Source: an uncultured Actinomycetes bacterium (GTDB lineage Bacteria; Actinomycetota; Thermoleophilia; Gaiellales; Gaiellaceae). From it: a DNA stretch of 64,000 nt. The first letter of the stretch is position 1, and each line of letters opens with the position of its first letter. Where the stretch lies: the NCBI GenBank assembly GCA_963834825.1, contig CAWICZ010000010.1, positions 47,266 to 111,265 on the forward strand. The letters are read 5' to 3'. Position numbers and translations under genes: made by a program. Below are positions 1-8,802 of the stretch, piece after piece. The notes below the pieces were generated by a model. That model searched no databases and was not told the origin of the DNA. It saw only the letters and a program-made list of their open reading frames with translations.

Positions 1-285
1 CTGCGTCACGTCCTCGAGGACGAGCGGCTGCCGGGTGACCAGCACCCAGCCCGCGATGCCGGTGCTCGACGGGATCCGTTGGCCGATCAGGGTTTCGGAT
101 CCTTCCCCGGCCACGGCCTCGAAGACGAGCTCGTCCGTCTCCTCGTCGTAGAGGAAGACCGACGAGGCTCTCGCGGAGAAGAGTCCCCGCGCGACCTCGA
201 CAGTCGCCTGAAGCAGCTGGCGGTGGGCATCCGCCGAGGCGAGGACACCGGCGGCGACTGCAGCCCTGAGCCGATCCTCAGCCAC
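1..285 (-). CDS. GAF domain protein, N-terminal 95 codons only (gene runs off the window start)
   Basis: This minus-strand frame is not in the ORF track. It starts with GTG at 285-283, then reads VAEDRLRAAVAAGVLASADAHRQLLQATVEVARGLFSARASSVFLYDEETDELVFEAVAGEGSETLIGQRIPSSTGIAGWVLVTRQPLVLEDV, which is GAF-like. The start overlaps the stop of the upstream S8 protease (GTGGCTGA). Confidence 0.55.
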   Translation of the reverse strand, partial: MAEDRLRAAVAAGVLASADAHRQLLQATVEVARGLFSARASSVFLYDEETDELVFEAVAGEGSETLIGQRIPSSTGIAGWVLVTRQPLVLEDVTQ

Positions 286-1114
286 CGGCGGCCTCGACGT
301 TCGACGCGGTCAGGTAGAGGGTGCTCTTGAGCTGGAACGGGGTCAGCTCGGAATGCTTGCCGAGGATCAGCGCACAGATCCCACTCATGTGTGGCGTCGC
401 GAAGCTGTTGCCGGTCGAGCGCGCTCTCGCGCCGTCCAGCCATGCGACCTCGACGTCGACGCCGCGCGCAAAGAACTCGACGGGCGGATTCGGGTTGTAG
501 AAGAACGTCAGCGGATCGTGGTCCTCGTGGCTCCCGACCGAGATCACCGAGGAGAACCGCCAGGGATAGCTCTCGACCGGCATGTTGTGCGCGGAGGCGA
601 CGAGCACGGCTCGCCGGAAGTAGGCCATGTCGGCGACCTCGTGCAGCATGCCCGCGAACTGGCTCTTCGTCGTCGAGAGGCTCATGTTGATGACCTGGAA
701 GCCGTGCTCGACGGCCCAGCGCAGACCGCCGAGGAGCGCCGTGCCGCTGCCTGTGAACCCCGCGCCGAGGACGCGAACGCTGAAGATCCGGCAGTCCGGC
801 GCAATCGAGCGGACGATGCCGGCGCAGGCAGTCCCGTGACCGCAGAGATCGCCCTCGGCGTCTTCGACGACCTCGACCTCGTCGTCCTCGCCGACCTCCA
901 CCGCGACGGCGCCCTCGAGCCCGCCGACGAGCGGGTGGTCACCGTCGACCCCGCTGTCGAGGATGCAGACGCGAACGTCCTTCCCGGTCGAGTCGCCCCA
1001 GGCCCACTCCCGGGTCACTCGGCCGGGCCAGGCGGTTGGGAGCTCGAGGCTTTCCACCGCTCCGGCGGGGAGGCTCCAGGCCGGCAGCGAGCGGCGAGTT
1101 GCGGGGTCTGACAT
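278..1114 (-). CDS. Subtilisin-like serine protease (peptidase S8)
   Basis: Catalytic triad motifs are present in order: DSGVDGDHP (Asp), HGTACAG (His), GNSFATPHMSG (Ser). Confidence 0.85.
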   Translation of the reverse strand: MSDPATRRSLPAWSLPAGAVESLELPTAWPGRVTREWAWGDSTGKDVRVCILDSGVDGDHPLVGGLEGAVAVEVGEDDEVEVVEDAEGDLCGHGTACAGIVRSIAPDCRIFSVRVLGAGFTGSGTALLGGLRWAVEHGFQVINMSLSTTKSQFAGMLHEVADMAYFRRAVLVASAHNMPVESYPWRFSSVISVGSHEDHDPLTFFYNPNPPVEFFARGVDVEVAWLDGARARSTGNSFATPHMSGICALILGKHSELTPFQLKSTLYLTASNVEAAGG

Positions 1115-1137
1115 GCCCTCGAGCCTAGTGGCTCGTC

Positions 1138-1731
1138 CTACGTCGAGGTTGACTGGAGGGCGCTGCGCGCGGCCGCAGAGGCCACTTCGGCGACGGCGCG
1201 GGCGCGCCGTACTCGCTCGTCCTCGGGCGTGACGATCAGGTTCACCGCGACCAGGTGGGCGGCCACCTGGGCTCCGGCGTCCGCGAGCAGCGCGGCAGAC
1301 ACGGCGTCGGCGCGCCGGTCGAGCGTGCCGCGCTCGACCGCGACCGCCGCCAGCACGGCCACGTCGGCCCCCGCCTCGGCGATCGCGAGCGGGATCTCAA
1401 CGGCCCGCCCGAGCACCTGACCGATCGCCATGTCGCGCACTTCGACTTCGAGCTCGCTCGGAAGGTGGAGCGCTGCGAGCGCCTCCTCGTAGGCATCGGC
1501 GTCGGCCTGCGCCAGCGGAGCCGTCCGCCTGCGCAGGTGCTCGGCCTGCGCGATGGCCGATCCACCGTCCGTCCACGACTCCGACCCCCGAGCGACCTTC
1601 GCGATCAGCGCAGCGGCCATCGCGACACAGATCGCGGCCGCCGAACCGCCGCCCGGCGCCGGCTCCTCAGCCGCGAGCTGGTCGAGAAGCGCTCGCACCG
1701 GCACGTCGAACACGTCGCCCGTGGAATCCAC
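1138..1731 (-). CDS. Cyclodeaminase/cyclohydrolase family protein (FTCD C-terminal-like)
   Basis: LLDQLAAEEPAPGGGSAAAICVAMAAALIAKVA is the typical cyclodeaminase-domain core. The Arg-rich first 67 aa of the 264-aa ORF look like an out-of-gene extension. An in-frame GTG at 1731 sits 14 nt after the upstream stop. Confidence 0.7.
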   Translation of the reverse strand: MDSTGDVFDVPVRALLDQLAAEEPAPGGGSAAAICVAMAAALIAKVARGSESWTDGGSAIAQAEHLRRRTAPLAQADADAYEEALAALHLPSELEVEVRDMAIGQVLGRAVEIPLAIAEAGADVAVLAAVAVERGTLDRRADAVSAALLADAGAQVAAHLVAVNLIVTPEDERVRRARAVAEVASAAARSALQSTST

Positions 1732-1745
1732 GGGACGATTCTCTG

Positions 1746-2015
1746 CTACTTGTCGAGCTTGCGGCGGAGGATCTCGACTGTGTCCGCGTGCGCGGCGACG
1801 TCGGCTTCGACGAGCGCGGCCTCTGGATCGGCGACGACCCTGCGTCGGTACTCGTCGTCCGTTTCGGCCCGCTCGACGATCCGGTCGAGGCGCGTGCGCA
1901 TCTGTGGGGTCTCTTTCGCGGCGCGAACCCACGCTTCCGGAGCGGGAGGCAGCGCGCTCAAGAGCTCCCCGAGGTTTTCTTCGTCATAGGCAGGCATTTG
2001 GGCTTCAAAGCTCAT
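1746..2015 (-). CDS. Hypothetical 89-aa protein translationally coupled to the ECF sigma factor (possible anti-sigma or partner)
   Basis: The ATG at 2015-2013 overlaps the sigma-factor stop TGA at 2014-2012 (ATGA). The product is an acidic helical protein, MSFEAQMPAYDEENLGELLSALPP... No zf-HC2 motif was seen. Confidence 0.5.
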   Translation of the reverse strand: MSFEAQMPAYDEENLGELLSALPPAPEAWVRAAKETPQMRTRLDRIVERAETDDEYRRRVVADPEAALVEADVAAHADTVEILRRKLDK

Positions 2016-2590
2016 GACGTGGCAGCCTCCGGATTTCTTCCCTCCATCTCCACACGGAGCTTGGCCAGGCACCGCGAGATCCTGCTCGCAATCGTCCCCG
2101 AGGGGAGATCCAGCGCTTCTCCGATCGCCCGGTAGCTCTCATCCCGGGCGAAGAAGCGGTCGAGGATGTCCCGGCAGTTGTCGGGAAGGATGGCGAGCGC
2201 ATCGTGCACGGCCAGCGCATCGTCGAGCCTGCTGATCGTGTCGTCGACGTCGGGCGCCTCGACCACGTCCTCGGGCTGCTCATGCGCCGTCGCGCGAAGG
2301 CGGTCGATGCAGAGCCGGCGCGTCAGCTGGGCGAGCCACGGTCGGATCGCCTCGTCGTCTCGCAGCTTGCCCAGGTGTTGGTACGCACGCGCGAACACTT
2401 CCTGGAAGACGTCCTCCGCATCGTGCTCGGGCAGCTTGAACGCCTGAACGGAGATCGCGTAGACGTAGCGCGAGAAGCGCTCGACGAGCTCGTGCCACGC
2501 GTCGTGGTCGCCCTCTCGGCAGCGGGCGACGAGCTGAGCGTCGGTCAGCTCCACGCGCATCGACATGGCTTCAACGCTTTCGGGAGTCAA
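2012..2590 (-). CDS. ECF-type RNA polymerase sigma-70 family factor
   Basis: Region 2 reads DAWHELVERFSRYVYAISVQAF...DAEDVFQEVFARAY. Region 4 HTH reads ESYRAIGEALDLPSGTIASRISRCLAKLR. Confidence 0.85.
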   Translation of the reverse strand: MTPESVEAMSMRVELTDAQLVARCREGDHDAWHELVERFSRYVYAISVQAFKLPEHDAEDVFQEVFARAYQHLGKLRDDEAIRPWLAQLTRRLCIDRLRATAHEQPEDVVEAPDVDDTISRLDDALAVHDALAILPDNCRDILDRFFARDESYRAIGEALDLPSGTIASRISRCLAKLRVEMEGRNPEAATS

Positions 2591-2645
2591 TTCCTTGCGC
2601 CATCGGAGTCCCAGCCGGCGTCCTCGACAATACCTGCGCCGTGCT

Positions 2646-3473
2646 CTACGAGGCGAGCCGCGGCTCGAGGAAGAGCTGCCGCCACGCCTTCCACCAGTCG
2701 TCGGCCCGCGAAACCGCCGATTCTGGGCCGGTGATCTCCACCCCGCTTCTGCCCCGGTACTTCTCCACTTCGCTCGGGCTCATGAACTCGACGGCGATCT
2801 CGGTCGGTCGCCCCGGGTCGTACGGCTCGACCGCGGCCGGCGTCTTCAGCGACTCGAGCGCGCCGGCCTCGATCAACTCGCGCGCGCGGAGCGGAGCCAC
2901 ATTGCGGGCGGAGCGGCGGCCGATCCCCCGCTTGACGGCGACGGTCGTCAACCCGTCACCGAGGAGGCTCGTCGCCTCGCGACAGGTTGCCTCGTCGCCC
3001 GTGACCAGCACGACGGGACAGGCCCACGTCCCGCAGAGCGCCGCGTTGATCCCGGTCTCGCCGACGAGCACGCCGTTGAACCGGAGGCTGCGCCACTCGC
3101 GGCCGTGAACCGTGTGGGAAAGGACACCGTCGGGCGTGCCGGCCATCGCGTGCATCCCGACGAGGAGACACGCGTCGCAGCCTCCTTCGAGGAACTCGGT
3201 GTACTCGGTCCAGCTCGACTGGACGACGTACTCGCACGCGGCGTCGAGCAGGTCGGGGACGAGCGAGTTGAAGCTGAACGCCTTGCCCGCGCCGTGGTGG
3301 TCCATGACCACGATCTCGTCCGCACCCGCCTGCTTGGCGCCGCGCACGGCGGCGTTGATCTCTTCGGTGTAGAGCTTCCGTCCTTCCTCGTAGAGGTCCT
3401 CCCCGGCGGCCGTCTGCTCGGGACGGACGATGCCGGCAACCCCCTCCATGTCACTGATGATGTGTACTCGCAT
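2646..3473 (-). CDS. M55 family metallopeptidase (DppA-type D-aminopeptidase)
   Basis: The N-terminus MRVHIISDMEGVAGIV and the 275-aa length are typical of peptidase M55. Confidence 0.8.
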   Translation of the reverse strand: MRVHIISDMEGVAGIVRPEQTAAGEDLYEEGRKLYTEEINAAVRGAKQAGADEIVVMDHHGAGKAFSFNSLVPDLLDAACEYVVQSSWTEYTEFLEGGCDACLLVGMHAMAGTPDGVLSHTVHGREWRSLRFNGVLVGETGINAALCGTWACPVVLVTGDEATCREATSLLGDGLTTVAVKRGIGRRSARNVAPLRARELIEAGALESLKTPAAVEPYDPGRPTEIAVEFMSPSEVEKYRGRSGVEITGPESAVSRADDWWKAWRQLFLEPRLAS

Positions 3474-3490
3474 CGGGCTATTTTCTCTCT

Positions 3491-4243
3491 GTGGACACCG
3501 GGCTGCGCGACAAGCGTGTACTCGTCACCGGAGCATCCGGCGGAATCGGGTCGGCCTGCGTGCGCGCTTTTCTGGCAGAGGGAGCCGAGGTCGTCGCCCA
3601 CTACCACCAGGGCAAGGAGCGGGCGGAAGCGCTCGGCGCCGGCCTCCTGGTCCAGGCAGACCTGACGCGCGAGGAGGACGCCGATCGCCTGTTCGAAGAG
3701 GCGGGCGACCTCGATGTCTGCGCCGCGGTCGCCGGCGTCTGGCCGCGGGAAGACGTGCCCGTCTGGAAGCTCTCGCTGGAGCGCTGGGAGCAGACCCTCC
3801 AGGAGAACCTCACGGCAACGTTCCTGACCGCGCGCGGATTCCTGCAGGGAGTCGCCCGCAGCGGACACGGGAGCCTCGTCCTCGTCGGTTCGACCGCCGG
3901 CCTCTTCGGCGAGGCCGGTCATGCGGACTACGCCGCGGCGAAGTCGGCGATCATCCGCGGGCTGCTCCTGAGCCTGAAGAACGAGGTCGTGCGGGTCGCG
4001 CCTCGCGCGCGGGTGAACGCGGTCGCTCCGGGCTGGACGCAGTCACCGATGACCCGCAGGGAGGTCGAGGATCCTGCGCTCGTCGAGCGCGTCACGCGGA
4101 CGATGTCCCTCCGCAAGGTTGCGAAGCCGGAAGACGTTGCCGCCCAGGTCGTCGTCCTCTCCTCGGACGAGCTCTCAGGTCACGTCACCGGCGAGGTGAT
4201 CACTGTCGCCGGCGGCATGGAAGGCCGCGTCCTGCACGAGTAG
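3491..4243 (+). CDS. SDR family oxidoreductase
   Basis: Rossmann motif VLVTGASGGIGSA and catalytic YAAAK are present. Length is 250 aa, with a GTG start. Confidence 0.85.
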   Translation: MDTGLRDKRVLVTGASGGIGSACVRAFLAEGAEVVAHYHQGKERAEALGAGLLVQADLTREEDADRLFEEAGDLDVCAAVAGVWPREDVPVWKLSLERWEQTLQENLTATFLTARGFLQGVARSGHGSLVLVGSTAGLFGEAGHADYAAAKSAIIRGLLLSLKNEVVRVAPRARVNAVAPGWTQSPMTRREVEDPALVERVTRTMSLRKVAKPEDVAAQVVVLSSDELSGHVTGEVITVAGGMEGRVLHE

Positions 4244-4567
4244 CGCCAGGCTTACCGGGGCGGGAGCCCGGAGGAGCCGCGAACGCCGCGACAGGCATCA
4301 GGCGGAGCCGCCGCCCGGCCCCGCCTGATCTTTGGAAGAGAGTGCCCCATGAGTCATCGAGTGACCCGCCGCATGTGGGGCCCCTCCATTCAGCTTTTGG
4401 GCTTGCCGCATCTGCCCGACTTCCTGCGATCTGCCCCGCCGCAACGGGCCCAATCGCGTTGTCTCCCACTATGTGCGATCCCGGCCACTTGATCCATCAC
4501 CCGTTCGGGGGTTGACCCGCCTACTTGACTCGGGCGCATCGGGCAGCTCGGGCCGTAGAGTGCAGTC

Positions 4568-6397
4568 GTGGCGAATCGCTTCGAGGACCGCCTACGAACC
4601 GGCCCCATCGTCGTCGGCGACGGCGGCATGGGCACGCTGATCTCTGGTGCCGTTCCCCGGCTGCGGTGCCCGGAAGAGGCCAACCTTCGCGCTCCCGAGA
4701 CGGTCATCTCGCTCCACGTCAGCTTCATCAACGCGGGCGCCGATCTGATCGAGACGAACACGTTCGGGGCGAACCGGCGGAAGCTGGCGACGCACTTCCT
4801 CGAGGACGAGGTCGAGAACATCAACAGCACAGGCGTCAAGCTCGCGCGGGAGGCGCGCGAGATCTCCGGCCGGGACGTCTTCATCGCCGGGTCGATCGGC
4901 CCGCTCGGCGAGCTCAGCGACCTCTCGCGCGACTACCGCGGCCGGATCTTCAGCGAGCAGGCCGCCGCGCTCGCCGCGCGAGGCATCGACCTCTTCATGG
5001 TCGAGACCTTCTTCGAGCTGGACGAGCTGCTCGCCGCGATCGAGGCCGTACGCGAGGTCTCGTCGCTTCCGATCGTGGCGATGCTCACCTTCGACGAGCA
5101 GGGCGAGACGCTCGGTGGCGTGACGGCGAAGGAGGGAGTCGACGCGCTTCGCGACGCCGGTCTGGCGGCGGTCGGCGCCAACCACGGAGCGGGCATCCAA
5201 GCGGCGCTGACGGCACTCAACGAGATGCACGAAACCGACGGCGAGGTGGCGCTTGCAGCCATGCCCAACATCGGCTTGGCGAGCCTCGCCGGGAACCGCG
5301 TCGTCTTCCCACATGCGACGCCCGAGTACTTCGCCGACTTCGCGGCGCACGCGCGCGACCTCGGCGCCAGGATCATCGGCGGCTGCTGCGGGACGACGCC
5401 GATGGAGATCGGCGCGATTGCGGCAGCCGTCCAGGAGGAGCGCGCTGCCCGGTCGCCGCTCGTCGTCCATGAGCGTGAGGTCGCGCTCTCGATCGTCGAG
5501 CTGCGTGAGGAGACCGAGCTCGCGCGCATGCTCGCCGACGAGGAGTGGGTCGTCTCCGTCCAGCTCGACCCGCCGCTCGGCGGCAACCACCGCGGCATGC
5601 TCGAGGTCGCCCGAGGCCTTCGACAGGGCGGCGCCAACCTCGTGGACATCAACGACAACGCCACCGCTCGAGCCGGGATGAGCGCGTTGATGCTCTCGGT
5701 GGCGATCCAGCGGGCGACGGGGCTCGAGACGATCCCGCACCTGACGACGCGCGACTCGAGCGTTCTCGGGCTCGAGTCGATGCTCCTCGGCGCGCACGCG
5801 GAGGGGATCCGCAACGTGCTCGCGGTCACCGGAGACCCACCGGAGGTCGGCGACTACCCGGGCTCGCGGGGTGTGTACGAGATCGACTCGATCGGCCTCG
5901 TGCAGCTGATGGCGCACCTGAATCGTGGTGAGGACTTCAACGGGCGGGCGATCGACGCCGCGACCTCGTTCCACATCGGCGTCGCGGTCAATCCGTCGGC
6001 CGACGACCTCGACCTCGAGCTCGAGCGGTATCACCGCAAGATCGAGGCCGGTGCGCACTACGCGATGACCCAGATCATCTTCGACCTCGGCTACCTCGAT
6101 CGCTTCCTCGACCGGCTCGGCGGCGAGTCGCCGATCCCGGTCCTCGTCGGCATCTTCCCTGTCTGGAGTCACTCGCTGGCTCTGCGCCTGCACAACGAGG
6201 TTCCCGGGATCATCGTGCCGGACAGCGTCCAGGAAGCCCTGCGGGAAGCCGGTCCCGACGGGGCGCAGGTCGGAATGGAGATCGCGCAAGAGCTGATCGA
6301 GGAGTCGCGCGAGCGCGCCGCCGGCGTCTACCTCGTGGCACCGTTCAAGCGCCCGCTCGGCGTGCTCGAGCTCCTAGCGCACGCAGTCGCCGGTTGA
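4568..6397 (+). CDS. Bifunctional homocysteine S-methyltransferase / methylenetetrahydrofolate reductase
   Basis: The N-terminal half is Hcy-binding-domain-like (GDGGMGTLI..., IIGGCCGTTP). The C-terminal half is MTHFR-like (IPHLTTRD, NVLAVTGDPP, FDL..FLDRL). Length is 609 aa. Confidence 0.8.
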   Translation: MANRFEDRLRTGPIVVGDGGMGTLISGAVPRLRCPEEANLRAPETVISLHVSFINAGADLIETNTFGANRRKLATHFLEDEVENINSTGVKLAREAREISGRDVFIAGSIGPLGELSDLSRDYRGRIFSEQAAALAARGIDLFMVETFFELDELLAAIEAVREVSSLPIVAMLTFDEQGETLGGVTAKEGVDALRDAGLAAVGANHGAGIQAALTALNEMHETDGEVALAAMPNIGLASLAGNRVVFPHATPEYFADFAAHARDLGARIIGGCCGTTPMEIGAIAAAVQEERAARSPLVVHEREVALSIVELREETELARMLADEEWVVSVQLDPPLGGNHRGMLEVARGLRQGGANLVDINDNATARAGMSALMLSVAIQRATGLETIPHLTTRDSSVLGLESMLLGAHAEGIRNVLAVTGDPPEVGDYPGSRGVYEIDSIGLVQLMAHLNRGEDFNGRAIDAATSFHIGVAVNPSADDLDLELERYHRKIEAGAHYAMTQIIFDLGYLDRFLDRLGGESPIPVLVGIFPVWSHSLALRLHNEVPGIIVPDSVQEALREAGPDGAQVGMEIAQELIEESRERAAGVYLVAPFKRPLGVLELLAHAVAG

Positions 6398-7513
6398 GAC
6401 CGGCCCGCCTCGCGCCCGCCCGATCGCCTCGCTGACGACATCGGGCGGGACCGCGTAGCCGGCGCCGCCCTCGAGCCGCGAGGCGAACACGGTGCCGACG
6501 ACCCGTCCACTCGCGTCGACGACGGGCCCGCCCGAGTTGCCGTGGCGGACGTTGCCGCGGAGGCTCGTGATCCGCCGCGGGACCGGGCCGCGGCCGTAGG
6601 CGTCCTCGCTGAGCACCGTAACCGTCTGCCCGACGCGCCCGGGGTGAACGTCGAGGGTGCCGTTCTCCGCGTAGCCGAGGATCGCCACCGGCCGGCCCGG
6701 GCGCGGATCCGTCTGCTCGAGCGAGCGGGCCCCGAGCTCGCCGCTGACGCGAAGGACGGCGACGTCGTTGCGAGGATCGAAGGCGACGGCCCGGGCGCGC
6801 AGCGGCGCCCTCGACGGCGACTCGACCACCGTGTCCTTCTGGCCGGCGACGACATGGGCGTTCGTGACGACGAGACCGTTCCCCGCGACCCAGCCGGAGC
6901 CGGCAACGCCCAGGCCGCAGGCAGTTCCGAGGACCCTGACGACGCTCGGCGCGGCCTGCCTGACCCCAGGCCGGCGCAGGACGGATGGATCCGGCGGCTG
7001 CGCCGGCGGCACCGGACCGGCGATCGACGGAAAGGGATCCACCCGAGCCAGGGCCCTGAGCGCACGCCGAGGAGGCACGAGGTCATTCAGCTGGCGTAGC
7101 ACCGCCGACTGTTGAACCTGCCGCCTGAGCTCCAGCTGGCCGGGAAGCTGGAGCGCGACCGCTCCGAAGATCCAGACGAGCGCGAGACCTGCGACAGCTC
7201 CGAAGGCGAATCCGCCTGCCGAGTCGACCGTACGAAACGGTCCCGGCGGAATCCGCCGTCGAATCGCGGTCCCGATCGACGACCCGAGGAGCTCGAGCAG
7301 GATCGCAAAGGTGGCAGCGCCGGCGAGCGCGACCAGCGGCGTATAGGGAGACTCGGCGCCCTCAGGCAGCAGGTGCGGTGCGAGCCGCGCGCCGGCGAAC
7401 CCGCCGACGATCACACCGGCCGCGGACAGCGCGCTGATCGTGAAGCCCTGCCACATCCCGAGCAACGCGGTGAACGCGACGACTCCGAGAACGATCAGGT
7501 CGAGCCGGGTCAC
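6374..7513 (-). CDS. MarP-like membrane serine protease (CvpA-like TM region fused to an S1C trypsin-like domain)
   Basis: There are four N-terminal hydrophobic helices. The trypsin-like domain carries TNAHVV (His) and GNSGGPVVDASGRVVG (Ser). Confidence 0.8.
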   Translation of the reverse strand: MTRLDLIVLGVVAFTALLGMWQGFTISALSAAGVIVGGFAGARLAPHLLPEGAESPYTPLVALAGAATFAILLELLGSSIGTAIRRRIPPGPFRTVDSAGGFAFGAVAGLALVWIFGAVALQLPGQLELRRQVQQSAVLRQLNDLVPPRRALRALARVDPFPSIAGPVPPAQPPDPSVLRRPGVRQAAPSVVRVLGTACGLGVAGSGWVAGNGLVVTNAHVVAGQKDTVVESPSRAPLRARAVAFDPRNDVAVLRVSGELGARSLEQTDPRPGRPVAILGYAENGTLDVHPGRVGQTVTVLSEDAYGRGPVPRRITSLRGNVRHGNSGGPVVDASGRVVGTVFASRLEGGAGYAVPPDVVSEAIGRARGGPVSTGDCVR

Positions 7514-7539
7514 AGGCCTCCTGTACGGTAGCCACCGCT

Positions 7540-7968
7540 GTGAACGGGGCCGAGTTGCAGGAGTTCATCGACCGCTACAACCGAGCGTGGAACGATCACG
7601 ACGTCGACGCCATCGTCGAGATGCACACCGACGACTCGGTCTTCGAGAACCACACGACCGGTGACCTCAACGTCGGCCGCGAGGCGATCGGCACGGCGCT
7701 CCGCGGCATCTTCACCGTCTTCCCCGACCTGCGTTTCGAGACCCGCCGCGCCTACATCCGTGACGACCTGGTCGTCCAGGAGTGGACGGCGCACGGGACG
7801 CATCTCGGCAAGATGAGCCGCGCCGGCCTCGAGGTCGAGCCGACCGGGAAGTCGGTCGAGTACCGCGGCATGGACGTGATCCCGATCGAGAACGGCCTCG
7901 TGGCCCGCAAGGACGTCTACTCCGACGGCGTCACCCTGCTGCGGCAGCTTGGTTTGACGTCCATCTAG
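7540..7968 (+). CDS. SnoaL-like / ester cyclase (NTF2 superfamily) protein
   Basis: EFIDRYNRAWNDHDVDAIVEMHTDDSVFENH and a 142-aa length fit this family. Confidence 0.7.
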   Translation: MNGAELQEFIDRYNRAWNDHDVDAIVEMHTDDSVFENHTTGDLNVGREAIGTALRGIFTVFPDLRFETRRAYIRDDLVVQEWTAHGTHLGKMSRAGLEVEPTGKSVEYRGMDVIPIENGLVARKDVYSDGVTLLRQLGLTSI

Positions 7969-7987
7969 CTACACTGCCCCTGCTCCT

Positions 7988-8061
<74 letters not shown>

Positions 8062-8415
8062 TCTCGTCTATCCGCTCAACCACGCCAAATCTGCTGCGGC
8101 CACATCGATGTCGGATCACCGTTCGTCGGGTCGTGGAACGGCTTTTGGAACGTTCATGGCGACAGACAGCGTCTCCATTCCGCACTCGGGGGGCTTTTCT
8201 GGTCGTTCGGGGGGTGTATTCCCGACCCCATCGGCGTAGTGTCGGAGCCGCTCGCGGGGTTTGTAGCAATTGAAGCGGCTGCGATCGGCGCAACGGTCAA
8301 GGCCGCTTTGGGCGGGCCTCGTGACACTCGGGATCCGGTAGGAGAAGCTCCTTAGCTGTTGCTGCATTGGCAGCGCTCACCTCCCGGCTGTGGCCAGTTC
8401 AACAGGGAGGGTGAG

Positions 8416-8796
8416 ATGACCGAACCAGTCGACCTCCCAGCTGCGGCTCCACCCGAGCCGCCGTACGGAGTTCCGCTGGAAGTGCCGGAAGCCGCACCAG
8501 CGAGGAAAGGCCACGGTCCGGGCCGACGGTTCGCGGAATGGCTCGGCACCAGAATCGGTGAGGTTCTCGGGGCGGTGGGTTTATTCCCGCTGCTCATGGC
8601 GACGATGGGCACCGGCATCTGGCTCCTCCTTGACGGAGAAGGCTACGAGTGGGTGTTCGCGGGCACCTTCGGGGTATTCGCCTTCATCGGGGCGTTCTTC
8701 CTCGCGGCAGGGTGGTTCGGGGTGCTGTTCTTCCGCTACTGGCCGCTGTTCGTCCTGGGCATAGGCGCCTTCATCGCCTGGAAGGCACTGACTTAG
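8416..8796 (+). CDS. Small polytopic membrane protein (126 aa), first gene of the island operon
   Basis: RBS AGGGAGGG sits 5 nt before the ATG at 8416. A Pro-rich cytosolic head is followed by three or four hydrophobic helices (VLGAVGLFPLLMATMGTGIWLLL, WVFAGTFGVFAFIGAFFLAAGWFGVLFF, WPLFVLGIGAFIAW). The stop lies 6 nt before the next start. Confidence 0.65.
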   Translation: MTEPVDLPAAAPPEPPYGVPLEVPEAAPARKGHGPGRRFAEWLGTRIGEVLGAVGLFPLLMATMGTGIWLLLDGEGYEWVFAGTFGVFAFIGAFFLAAGWFGVLFFRYWPLFVLGIGAFIAWKALT

Positions 8797-8802
8797 GACG
8801 CG

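Noticed and set aside
1732-1932. An N-terminal 67-aa extension of the cyclodeaminase ORF.
   Set aside because: It is extremely Arg-rich and overlaps the upstream small gene. This is typical high-GC read-through before the true GTG.
4244-4567. A 324-nt leader upstream of the homocysteine-MT/MTHFR gene, considered as a possible SAM or B12 riboswitch.
   Set aside because: I could not find the conserved cores of SAM-I, SAM-IV or cobalamin riboswitches by eye. It needs an Rfam/Infernal scan. TAGAGT lies 6 nt before the GTG, which may instead indicate a leaderless transcript.
8062-8415. A possible integrase or transposase remnant next to the tRNA (minus-strand RFNCYKPRERLRHYADGVG).
   Set aside because: It bears only a vague resemblance to the YNxxRPH tail of rve-type transposases. 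There is no catalytic motif and the ORFs are short and Arg-rich.
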